This document shows positions 1 through 7,682 of a stretch of DNA of 51,939 bases, piece by piece (position 1 is the stretch's first letter; each line of letters opens with the position of its first letter). The notes under the pieces were generated by a model. That model searched no databases. It saw nothing but the letters and a program-made list of their open reading frames with translations, and was not told the DNA's origin. Made by a program: the position numbers and the translations under genes. The DNA comes from an uncultured Acidimicrobiaceae bacterium (GTDB taxonomy: Bacteria; Actinomycetota; Acidimicrobiia; Spongiisociales; UBA5794): positions 2,796 through 54,734 of the forward strand of contig CAYLVM010000004.1 of assembly GCA_964387145.1 (NCBI GenBank), read 5' to 3'.

Positions 1-38
1 GTTTCGAGGGCGGCGTGCCGCTCGGTCTGCCTATCTGG

Positions 39-77
39 CAGGGCGGTAGCGTGGGCTCGAATCCCATCGGGGCTACA
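39..77 (+). pseudogene. tRNA-Glu 3'-half remnant (probable att-site scar)
   Basis: GGCGGTAGCGTGGGCTCGAATCCCATCGGGGCTACA matches the 3' half of actinobacterial tRNA-Glu as recalled. T-stem GTGGG/CCCAT, T-loop CTCGAAT (canonical TTCGAAT), then the acceptor 3' strand. No D-arm or acceptor 5' strand upstream. Confidence 0.7.
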
Positions 78-80
78 AAC

Positions 81-109
81 CAGCATCCCTTGCAACGCAA
101 GGGATGCTG
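81..109. terminator. Intrinsic terminator-like hairpin
   Basis: Perfect 13-bp stem CAGCATCCCTTGC/GCAAGGGATGCTG with a 3-nt loop, directly after the tRNA fragment. Confidence 0.75.
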
Positions 110-303
110 CGCGTTTCGGGTCAATCCGTCGACCTCAATCCGGGGGATTGCGACACGCCTGTGAACCTCCCCGGGTCATACGTAGTCCCTGGTCTGTAGC
201 GGGTTTGGCGGAGACGAACGGGGTGCCGTAGGTTCGGTGGAGGCCTAGATCGTCCCGGGAGCCGGGGAACAGGGCTTAGGTGAAGTCGCATCGTCCGGTG
301 GAC

Positions 304-1422
304 TCAATCGTCGATGCGGAGGATTAGGCCGTCTTCTCGGGTGAGTTGGACGGTCTCGCGGTCATCCTGGCCACCCCAGATGATCAAAGCAGACGATGTC
401 TGGCAGACCGCCGCGCCCTTGCGGTTGCCAAGCCTTCGCGGTGTTGGCAGCGGTTCCCACGTGTGGTCGTGCAGGATCCATGCAGAACGGGATGCCGGAT
501 CCCACATCGTGGCACCAGACGCCGATGAGCGGACCTGAGCATCCTTGCCGACGGTAGGGCTCCCTCCGAGCGCGACGAACCCCGATGCCGTCTCGTACAT
601 CCAACTTCCAGAGGTCGAGACGACGACTGCCCTCGTGCCGTCTTCGAGCGGAACGACGGCGATCGGGGCACCCATCTCTGTCGGTACCTCGATCGGCGTG
701 GCGATCCACTCATCGGTCGATGAGGCGTACTCGTACACGCCGAGAGAGTCGACGGCGAGTAACTGTCCGCGATCGGTGAACACGACACCGTCGATCGGTG
801 GGCTCTGCGCCTCAGAGATCTGCAATGTGGGGACGTCGAGGAACGCAGCGTTCAACGTTGACGTGTCGGTCCCCGGTGTTGCTTGACCGCCGTATACGAA
901 GACTTCTCGATCGCTGAGGGGAACGGCGACGCCGCCGAAGCGGGGTTGTAGAGGCCCTCCAGGCAGATAGGCCCACACCATCGTGGAGAGATCGAGGGCG
1001 GCACCATCGCTCGGATAGTCGAAATCCGTAGGATCGTCCGAGGAGACCACGCTCCCTGCACCACCCCACACCACCAGTTCGTTGCCGACGATGGCCGTTG
1101 CGGGTGCCCACCGGGCGGTCAATGGAGCCGGCGGGAGGGGGCGCCACTGTCGCGCCGAGACATCGAAGAGTGCTCCATCGGCGAACGTTGCGATGGTCAC
1201 GAGGTTTGGATTCTCAGGGTCGGTCTGGCGACGCACCGGGGCGCCACCCCACACGACGAGGCTTGAGTCCGAGCACGCCGAACCGGCGAACCTACGCCCT
1301 TCGATCGGTGGCTTGGGCATCTCCTGCCACCCCCCGCTCGAGCACGCGGCGACGACCAGCGCGAACGCCACCAGCACCCCGATCCTCGACCGTATCGATG
1401 CGGACCTGCGCGTGGTATGCAT
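304..1422 (-). CDS. Kelch-repeat beta-propeller lipoprotein
   Basis: Lipobox VVAAC; repeated VVWGG/VYGG/IIWGG and W..LP..PL..R Kelch motifs. Start at ATG 1422 (1446 possible). Confidence 0.8.
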   Translation of the reverse strand: MHTTRRSASIRSRIGVLVAFALVVAACSSGGWQEMPKPPIEGRRFAGSACSDSSLVVWGGAPVRRQTDPENPNLVTIATFADGALFDVSARQWRPLPPAPLTARWAPATAIVGNELVVWGGAGSVVSSDDPTDFDYPSDGAALDLSTMVWAYLPGGPLQPRFGGVAVPLSDREVFVYGGQATPGTDTSTLNAAFLDVPTLQISEAQSPPIDGVVFTDRGQLLAVDSLGVYEYASSTDEWIATPIEVPTEMGAPIAVVPLEDGTRAVVVSTSGSWMYETASGFVALGGSPTVGKDAQVRSSASGATMWDPASRSAWILHDHTWEPLPTPRRLGNRKGAAVCQTSSALIIWGGQDDRETVQLTREDGLILRIDD

Positions 1423-1460
1423 CGAGGGGCTCCGCTTCGTGATCATGGACGCGGGATCGT

Positions 1461-2477
1461 TCACGACGAACCAGACGCCCCGACACCGTCGAAGGATGGC
1501 GGACCCTGTTCGATGGCACCCTCGGGGAACCGGTCCCGACATGTGTTGACCGCCATCGACCAGAGAGCGAAAGCACCGTCCTGTGGAGATGGAGGACCAC
1601 CAATGCTTGCATCCCGTACCGACGCCCCAGCATCGAGATCCGTCGCGATGAACTCGGACGACAACGCAAGGGCGACATCGGGGTTCCACACCCCTTCGCT
1701 GCACATGCGGTCGAAGCGGTCCCGCCACACGACAGGGTGGAACTGAGCGAGGCCGAGCATGTTCACCCAGGTCCGCACTTGCATGGTCTCGTCTGGTGTC
1801 AACTCGATTCCCCGATCGACCCTGACGAAGAACAGCAGGGTGTAGCTGCCATCTACGAGCCACTGCATCGTGCCATCGACACTCGACACCCTGAACCCCG
1901 TCGGATTTCCCATGGCTTCTCGAAAGACGCTCGGTGTGAACATGAGACCAGTGCCGTCCTCCACATCGCAGAGCGCGGCACTCCTCACTACTTCACCGAG
2001 GACGACCGGTGTGCCATCGACAGTGAAGCCGTCGGGGGTGAAGCCGGCGCCGTACACGGTGAAGTCGTTGCAACCCGTGTTCCCGACGGTCCTCGATCCG
2101 ATCTCGATCGTAGGGAGCGTTGCAGAGTTCACACCCACCTCAACCGCTGTGAACTCTCCGTCGACGATGAACGAGTCCAGCATCCAGGCACCATCGACGC
2201 GAGTCACAGACAAGCTACCGGTGGTGACGGTGCCGGTCGACCGCATCAGGATGGCCGTTGGGATGCTGAGAGCTGCGACGACAGCCGCCGCGGCCACCGC
2301 TACGAGCCATGGCCATCGACGGCGCCCGGGCTCTTGGTCGAACGCGGCAACGCCATCCGACGTCTGATCGAGGACGCGAAGCAGCGTTCGTTGGCCGGCA
2401 GAACCCTCCGACCAACGGTCCGCCTCGTGCGTAGGAAACGGGTTGATGTCCCGCAGGAGTGTGTTGTCAAACCCCAT
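1461..2477 (-). CDS. Single-pass membrane protein with META (HslJ-like) domain; putative anti-sigma factor
   Basis: One TM helix (WPWLVAVAAAAVVAAL); META motif GNTGCN...C; C-terminal two-Cys helical domain. SD GGAGG before ATG 2477; overlaps the sigma stop codon. Confidence 0.7.
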   Translation of the reverse strand: MGFDNTLLRDINPFPTHEADRWSEGSAGQRTLLRVLDQTSDGVAAFDQEPGRRRWPWLVAVAAAAVVAALSIPTAILMRSTGTVTTGSLSVTRVDGAWMLDSFIVDGEFTAVEVGVNSATLPTIEIGSRTVGNTGCNDFTVYGAGFTPDGFTVDGTPVVLGEVVRSAALCDVEDGTGLMFTPSVFREAMGNPTGFRVSSVDGTMQWLVDGSYTLLFFVRVDRGIELTPDETMQVRTWVNMLGLAQFHPVVWRDRFDRMCSEGVWNPDVALALSSEFIATDLDAGASVRDASIGGPPSPQDGAFALWSMAVNTCRDRFPEGAIEQGPPSFDGVGASGSS

Positions 2478-3024
2478 TGGTTCCTCCATCGGTCGACGTC
2501 GGGAGTTCGGAGGGATCGAGTCCGACCGTCCGCATCTGGGAGGTGAGTCGTCGGCGGGCCCGCGCCAGTCGCATCCGAAATGCGGCAGGTGTGATACCCA
2601 TGGCGGCCGATGCTTCCCGCGCGTCGAGCCCTTCCCAGCTCACCAAGAGGAGCGTCTCCCTGTCTGTCTCATCGAGCGCAGCAAGGGCATGGTTCGCGGC
2701 GATCGCTCCAGACGCCTGCTCGGCAACGGCGTCACCGGGCAAGGACCGATCCATGTCGATGCGTTGGCGGAGCTTCATCCAACGGTCCTGTGCGCGGTAG
2801 CGATCCCGGATGACCCTGCGCGCAACACCGTAGAGCCAAGGCAGTTCCCGCTGAGGACGCTGTGTTCTGTGTCGCCACGCAACGACGAACGTGTCCGCAA
2901 CGACATCTTCGGCATGTTGAGGGCCGATCCGGCGGACAGCGTACGCGAAGATGCGGTCGGCATGTGTGCTCCACATCCCCTCCAACCACTCCCGGTCGTC
3001 AATACTCACGTCGAGAACCTGCAT
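2467..3024 (-). CDS. ECF RNA polymerase sigma factor
   Basis: Region 2 (AEDVVADTFVVAWR, PWLYGVARR) and region 4 (LLLVSWEGL...RMRLARARRRL). Confidence 0.92.
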   Translation of the reverse strand: MQVLDVSIDDREWLEGMWSTHADRIFAYAVRRIGPQHAEDVVADTFVVAWRHRTQRPQRELPWLYGVARRVIRDRYRAQDRWMKLRQRIDMDRSLPGDAVAEQASGAIAANHALAALDETDRETLLLVSWEGLDAREASAAMGITPAAFRMRLARARRRLTSQMRTVGLDPSELPTSTDGGTNGV

Positions 3025-3110
3025 GTCGGTCGGTTGCTCCCTGTCACAAGGGTATATGGCCGGCACCCACGGCGGTGCAACAGGAGTTACAGCGCGCAGT
3101 GGCTTCGATG

Positions 3111-3602
3111 TCAGGAGACCGATGTGGTGACGGTCACGTCGACGGTATCGGGTGCGGTGTCGACCCACTGTGATCCGTCCCACAGGAACAGGTACGTTCG
3201 GCCGATGAACTCGAATTGTCCTTGGGAGATCCACACATCGACGCCGACGACGTCGCCACGTTCTGTCGTTGCAACGGGGGTAACACTCAACATGATCGAG
3301 CCGTCTCGGTATCGGCCGGTGGAGTCATATAGCTGCTCGAGCTGGGACTCACTCACATACTCGACCTCGTCGGTGAACCGTTCGACGATCGCCTCCCTGA
3401 CCGCGGGTGGTGTGGAGTCGGGGGCGAGGATCGGTGCACCGGCACAGGCGGATTCCTGACATGCCCGCATGAACGCTCGTGCCTGAAGCTGTGTCGAGAG
3501 CTCCGGTGTCATCTCCGGGACGGGGACACCGGACCCTGTGGACGCACAAGCCGAGCCGACGAGCAGGATCACAACGACCAGGGCGGTGATCCGTGTCCTC
3601 AC
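3111..3602 (-). CDS. Hypothetical lipoprotein
   Basis: Signal peptide with lipobox GSAC; purine-rich SD; plausible globular body. Confidence 0.7.
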   Translation of the reverse strand: MRTRITALVVVILLVGSACASTGSGVPVPEMTPELSTQLQARAFMRACQESACAGAPILAPDSTPPAVREAIVERFTDEVEYVSESQLEQLYDSTGRYRDGSIMLSVTPVATTERGDVVGVDVWISQGQFEFIGRTYLFLWDGSQWVDTAPDTVDVTVTTSVS

Positions 3603-3674
3603 GTTGCCCCCTTCGCCTCGAGTGTGCTCCGAAACCTACCATCGCCCACCGAAGGTGGGCGTTGCCTCGTGAAC

Positions 3675-3703
3675 TTGGCCAAAGCCGTCCGAGTGCGTAT
3701 CGT
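3675..3703 (+). promoter_or_regulatory. Putative sigma-A promoter for the peroxiredoxin gene
   Basis: TTGGCC-N17-TATCGT about 30 nt upstream of ATG 3733. Confidence 0.45.
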
Positions 3704-3732
3704 CGGAGTGTCGATCGATCGAGAAGGTGACG

Positions 3733-4452
3733 ATGGCTGAAGAAGCGATCGGATGTGGTCGGGTGACCGCCACAGCCGAGGACGACACACCCGCAGAAGG
3801 ACATGACCTGATCGGGTCCAACGGAGTGCAACAGGAGGTTCAGATGACCGCGACGGCAGGACAGAAGGCTCCAGAGTTCACCGCCCCTGCGTATCACAAG
3901 GGTGGCTTCACGCAGGTGAGTCTCTCAGAGTTCGCAGGCAAGTGGGTGTTGTTGTGCTTCTATCCGGGTGACTTCACCTTCGTCTGAGCGACTGAGGTGT
4001 CGGCGGTCGCCGACAGGTACTCGGATCTTCAGGAACTCGGTGTCGAGGTCATCTCCGTCAGTGTCGACAGTCACTTCGTTCACAAGATGTGGAACGACTA
4101 CGAGCTCTCCAAGATGGTCGACGGCGGTGTTCCGTTTGCCATGGCTTCAGATCAAGCCGGGAACATCGGGCGTGCCTACGGTGTGTGGGACGATAACGCC
4201 GGCGTTGAGCTGCGTGGTCGATTCATCATCGACCCCGACGGCGTGATCCAGGCGATGGAGGTGCTCACGCCTCCCGTAGGGCGACGCATCGACGAGACGA
4301 TCCGTCAGATCCAGGCCTACCAGCTCGTCAGAGAGAGCAAGGGTGCCGAAGCGACACCGGCCGGCTGGAAGCTTGGCGAACCGACATTGAAGCCGGGACC
4401 CGACCTCGTCGGGAAGGTGTGGGAAGTATGGAACCCATCCACGGAGACGTGA
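3733..4452 (+). CDS. prxU: Selenocysteine-containing peroxiredoxin (AhpC/Prx1 type); Sec encoded by TGA 3985-3987
   Basis: ORFs 3727-3987 and 3997-4452 are in one frame. Read through, they give FYPGDFTFV-U-ATE, the FTFVC(P)TE peroxidatic motif. GRFIIDPDG and VGR motifs follow; SECIS hairpin directly downstream. Confidence 0.95.
3992..4024 (+). promoter_or_regulatory. Bacterial SECIS element
   Basis: Upper stem TGTCGGC/GCCGACA (3998-4004/4009-4015) closes a GGTC loop that starts 17 nt after the TGA; lower stem CTGAG/CTCGG. Confidence 0.85.
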
Positions 4453-4465
4453 ACCTCTCAGCAGA

Positions 4466-4499
4466 GCCGGTGTGACGAAGGGTTTCCCACAACACCGGC
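4466..4499 (+). terminator. Hairpin after prxU
   Basis: GCCGGTGT/ACACCGGC 8-bp inverted repeat; no U-tract. Confidence 0.4.
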
Positions 4500-4583
4500 C
4501 TCACTACTGAGCCACCACCTGCTCGTGGATGTGTGGGTCGGCTGGGGATGAGCGGGCTGCACACCGACCCGTACACTTCCAGG

Positions 4584-5753
4584 ATGCCGCGTTCAGTCCG
4601 ATCATCACTTGCCTTCCTCTCGGCCGAGCGGTTGGTGATGAACACGGCGTACCGGTTCGTGTATCCCTTCCTTCCGGTTATCGCTCGTGGGCTTGGTGTC
4701 CCCTTCGAACAGGCTGCCCTGCTCGTGAGCGTGCGCCACTTCTCCGGCCTTGCAACTCCGGCCGTCAGCAAGTTGGCAGGGGTGGGTGAGCGCCAAAGAC
4801 GTCTGATCATCACCGGAATCATGCTGTTCATCGTCGGATCGGCGGTCACAGCCCTCACGAGCGTGTACGTCGGTGCGCTCATCGGCTTTGCGTTGCTGGG
4901 TCTTGCCAAACCGGTATTCGACGTGTCATCGCAGTCCTACGTTGCAGCGCGGGTTCCCTACGAGCGCCGGGCACGCTACCTGGCGACGTTCGAGTTCACC
5001 TGGGCCGGTGCCCTCCTCATCGGAGCCCCTGCCACGGGGTGGCTGATCGCAAGCACCGATTGGCGCGTGCCGTTCATCGTGTTCGGCGTTCTGAGTGTCG
5101 CCGCCCTCGCTGTCACGGGGAGGTTCATCGATGCTGATGGCCGGGGAGTCGATCAGAACGGAGATCACGACCGTTTCACGTCATCGGGACGGAACTTCCT
5201 GCTCGTTGCGGGCCTTTTCGCTCTTGGATCCGAGATGATCGTGGTCGTGTTCGGAGCGTGGCTCGAGAACTCCTTCGGACTGACCGTCGTCGCACTCGGA
5301 GGGGCAGCCTTCCTCATCGGTGCTTCCGAGCTTGCAGGGGAGGGCGCCACGTTCGCATTCACCGACAGGATCGGGAAGCTTCGTGCTGTGCTCGCAGGAC
5401 TCGTCGTGTCGGGTGTGGGGTACGCCCTGCTCGTGCCGGCAAGCGTTCATCTCGGAGTCGGGCTCGCCGTCCTTGCGATCGCCTTGTTCGGCTTCGAGTT
5501 CACGATCGTTTCGTCGATTCCCCTCGCCTCCGAGCTGATGCCGGGCTCGAGGACCAGGTACCTCGCATGGATGGTCGTGTCGATGAGCCTGGCGCGGGGC
5601 ATCGGCGCTGCAGTCGGGCCGATACTGTTCGACTCCTTCGGGATACCTGGACCTGCGCTTGCCGCCCTCGCATCGGTGGTCGTCGCTGCCGTGGTCCTCG
5701 TCACCGGCGTGAGCGAAGAGACCCGCGAGATCGCGACGAGTACCTCTCCCTGA
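4584..5753 (+). CDS. MFS transporter
   Basis: About 12 hydrophobic segments; TDRIGKLR loop motif; leaderless start (TACACT-6nt-ATG). Confidence 0.88.
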   Translation: MPRSVRSSLAFLSAERLVMNTAYRFVYPFLPVIARGLGVPFEQAALLVSVRHFSGLATPAVSKLAGVGERQRRLIITGIMLFIVGSAVTALTSVYVGALIGFALLGLAKPVFDVSSQSYVAARVPYERRARYLATFEFTWAGALLIGAPATGWLIASTDWRVPFIVFGVLSVAALAVTGRFIDADGRGVDQNGDHDRFTSSGRNFLLVAGLFALGSEMIVVVFGAWLENSFGLTVVALGGAAFLIGASELAGEGATFAFTDRIGKLRAVLAGLVVSGVGYALLVPASVHLGVGLAVLAIALFGFEFTIVSSIPLASELMPGSRTRYLAWMVVSMSLARGIGAAVGPILFDSFGIPGPALAALASVVVAAVVLVTGVSEETREIATSTSP

Positions 5754-5801
5754 GCGTATCGTATTGGCATACCGCGCGGCGTCGTTCGAAGGGAGCCATC
5801 G

Positions 5802-6260
5802 ATGGACAACGAGAACTGGTTGAAGTACGGGGTGATCGTTCTCGGTGCCGTGGGGTTCCTTGCGATCATCGCTCTGGCACTCAGCGCGGGTAGCGGTGAG
5901 ATCGAGGGGCGATCATGGGTTGTTCACGAGATGACGGTCGACGGGACGAAGATCCAGCCGATCGACTCGGCGATGCCCGTTGCCAACTTCGTCGAGGGCA
6001 CGGTCTCTGGTGTGGCCGGCTGCAACTCCTACAGCGGGTCGTACACGATCGACGGCGATGCGATCAGGATCGGTCCGTTGGCCGCGACACTCATGTTCTG
6101 CGAGCAGCCGGAGGGTGCCATGGACCAGGAAACGCTGTATCTGCGTCTCCTCCAGGAGGCGGACGGCTACCGCGTGAGCGATGACACGCTCACGCTCCTC
6201 CAAGGAGAGACGGTTCTGATCGAGTTCACCGTTCTCGAGGCGCAGCAACTCGACGACTGA
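5802..6260 (+). CDS. META domain (HslJ-like) membrane-anchored protein
   Basis: SGVAGCNSYSGSY...GPLAATLMFC...MDQE motif; N-terminal TM helix. Confidence 0.9.
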   Translation: MDNENWLKYGVIVLGAVGFLAIIALALSAGSGEIEGRSWVVHEMTVDGTKIQPIDSAMPVANFVEGTVSGVAGCNSYSGSYTIDGDAIRIGPLAATLMFCEQPEGAMDQETLYLRLLQEADGYRVSDDTLTLLQGETVLIEFTVLEAQQLDD

Positions 6261-6377
6261 CCTCCTGCCGTCCGGAGTGGAGCACCGCTACGCGGCTCGC
6301 TACGCGAATGTGCGACACCACGCCGATGCCTCGTGCAGGTAGTGTGAACCCGGCACGTGGCCAGAGAGGGGCTTGAT

Positions 6378-7676
6378 ATGGGTTTGGTGTTGATCGCCGC
6401 GCTGTTCCTCGGCTACGCCCTCGTATCGCGCCGCCTCGAACACAGCTCCTTGACCGGTCCGATGGTCTTTACCGCCGCTGGAGTCCTTGGGGCGTTGGTC
6501 ATGGTCTGGACCGGCACGTCGTTCGACACGCTGGCACTCGACGTACGCAACGACGCCATCCAGATCCTGCTCGAGATGACGCTTGTCATCATCCTGTTCT
6601 CCGATGCGGTCCTCATCGACGCACGAGCGATACGCAAGGAAGCCTTTCTGCCGGGACGCCTCCTCGGGATCGGTTTGCCTCTGACGATCATCGTCGGCAC
6701 GCTCATCGCCATGATCATCGTGCCCGATCTCGGGTTCTGGCCGGCAGCTGTGGTCGCAGTGATCCTCGCGCCAACCGATGCTGCGCTCGGCCAGGCAGTC
6801 GTGTCGAACGACAGGGTTCCGGGCCTCGTGCGACAGGGACTCGGTGTCGAGAGTGGACTCAACGACGGCATTGCAGTGCCGTTCCTCGCGATCGCCGTTG
6901 CCGGTGCAGCCAACGAGATGCAGAGCGGCGCAGAGATCGCACGGGTGTTCCTCGAAGAGATCGGTCTTGCCGTAGTGATCGGACTCGTCGTGGGCTGGCT
7001 CGGCGCGCTTGCAGTGCGCTACGCCTACGAACACGGCTGGATGGCCCGTGGTTGGAAACAGGTATCGGTCGTCACTCTCGCGGTCCTGTGTTTCGCTCTT
7101 GCCGACCCCGTTGGAGGCTCCGGGTTCATCGCGGCGTTCGTCGGTGGTCTCGTGTTCGGAGCGAAGGTTCGTCATGAGTACCCCGACATCTGCGATTTCT
7201 CGGAGGGCGTTGGCCACGTTATGACGATGTTCGCGTTCTTTGTCTTCGGCGCGTTCATCCTTGCCCCTGCGCTCGACGTCGTCACCTGGCAGATCGTGCT
7301 GTACGCCATCCTCAGTCTCACGATCGTGCGCATGATCCCGGTTGCTCTGTCGCTCATCGGCACGGGTCTCGCCGGGCCGACGCAACTCTATATCGGATGG
7401 TTTGGTCCTCGGGGACTTGCGTCCCTCGTGTTCATGGGGACCGTCGTGGTTGGTGCCAACGCCGATGAAGCAGCCGGGATTATCGCCGTTGGGGCAACCA
7501 CCGTGGGACTCTCTGTGCTTCTCCACGGCCTATCGGCGTGGCCTGCTTCGGCTCGTTACGCCGACTGGTACGAAGGGACGACCGCTCGCGTCGATGTCAG
7601 CGAGTTCCCGGAGGAACAGCAGGTCCAACACATCCCGCACCGGAAGCTCCAAGGGCGACTCCGCTACCCGAAGTGA
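6378..7676 (+). CDS. Cation:proton antiporter (CPA1/NhaP-like)
   Basis: LAPTDAALG, ESGLNDG and WFGPRGLAS motifs. Confidence 0.92.
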   Translation: MGLVLIAALFLGYALVSRRLEHSSLTGPMVFTAAGVLGALVMVWTGTSFDTLALDVRNDAIQILLEMTLVIILFSDAVLIDARAIRKEAFLPGRLLGIGLPLTIIVGTLIAMIIVPDLGFWPAAVVAVILAPTDAALGQAVVSNDRVPGLVRQGLGVESGLNDGIAVPFLAIAVAGAANEMQSGAEIARVFLEEIGLAVVIGLVVGWLGALAVRYAYEHGWMARGWKQVSVVTLAVLCFALADPVGGSGFIAAFVGGLVFGAKVRHEYPDICDFSEGVGHVMTMFAFFVFGAFILAPALDVVTWQIVLYAILSLTIVRMIPVALSLIGTGLAGPTQLYIGWFGPRGLASLVFMGTVVVGANADEAAGIIAVGATTVGLSVLLHGLSAWPASARYADWYEGTTARVDVSEFPEEQQVQHIPHRKLQGRLRYPK

Positions 7677-7682
7677 CCCTCG

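Noticed and set aside
1-77. Intact tRNA gene
   Set aside because: No D-arm or acceptor 5' strand within the window, and the T-loop is mutated.
110-303. IS remnant or sRNA after the tRNA fragment
   Set aside because: No terminal inverted repeats, transposase fragment or strong structure that I can support.
1447-1863. N-terminal extension of ORF 304-1863
   Set aside because: Overlaps the META gene out of frame; the signal peptide indicates a start near 1422-1446.
3727-4452. Peroxiredoxin pseudogene or two separate small genes
   Set aside because: The single TGA sits at the catalytic Cys position and is followed by a SECIS; Sec recoding is more parsimonious.
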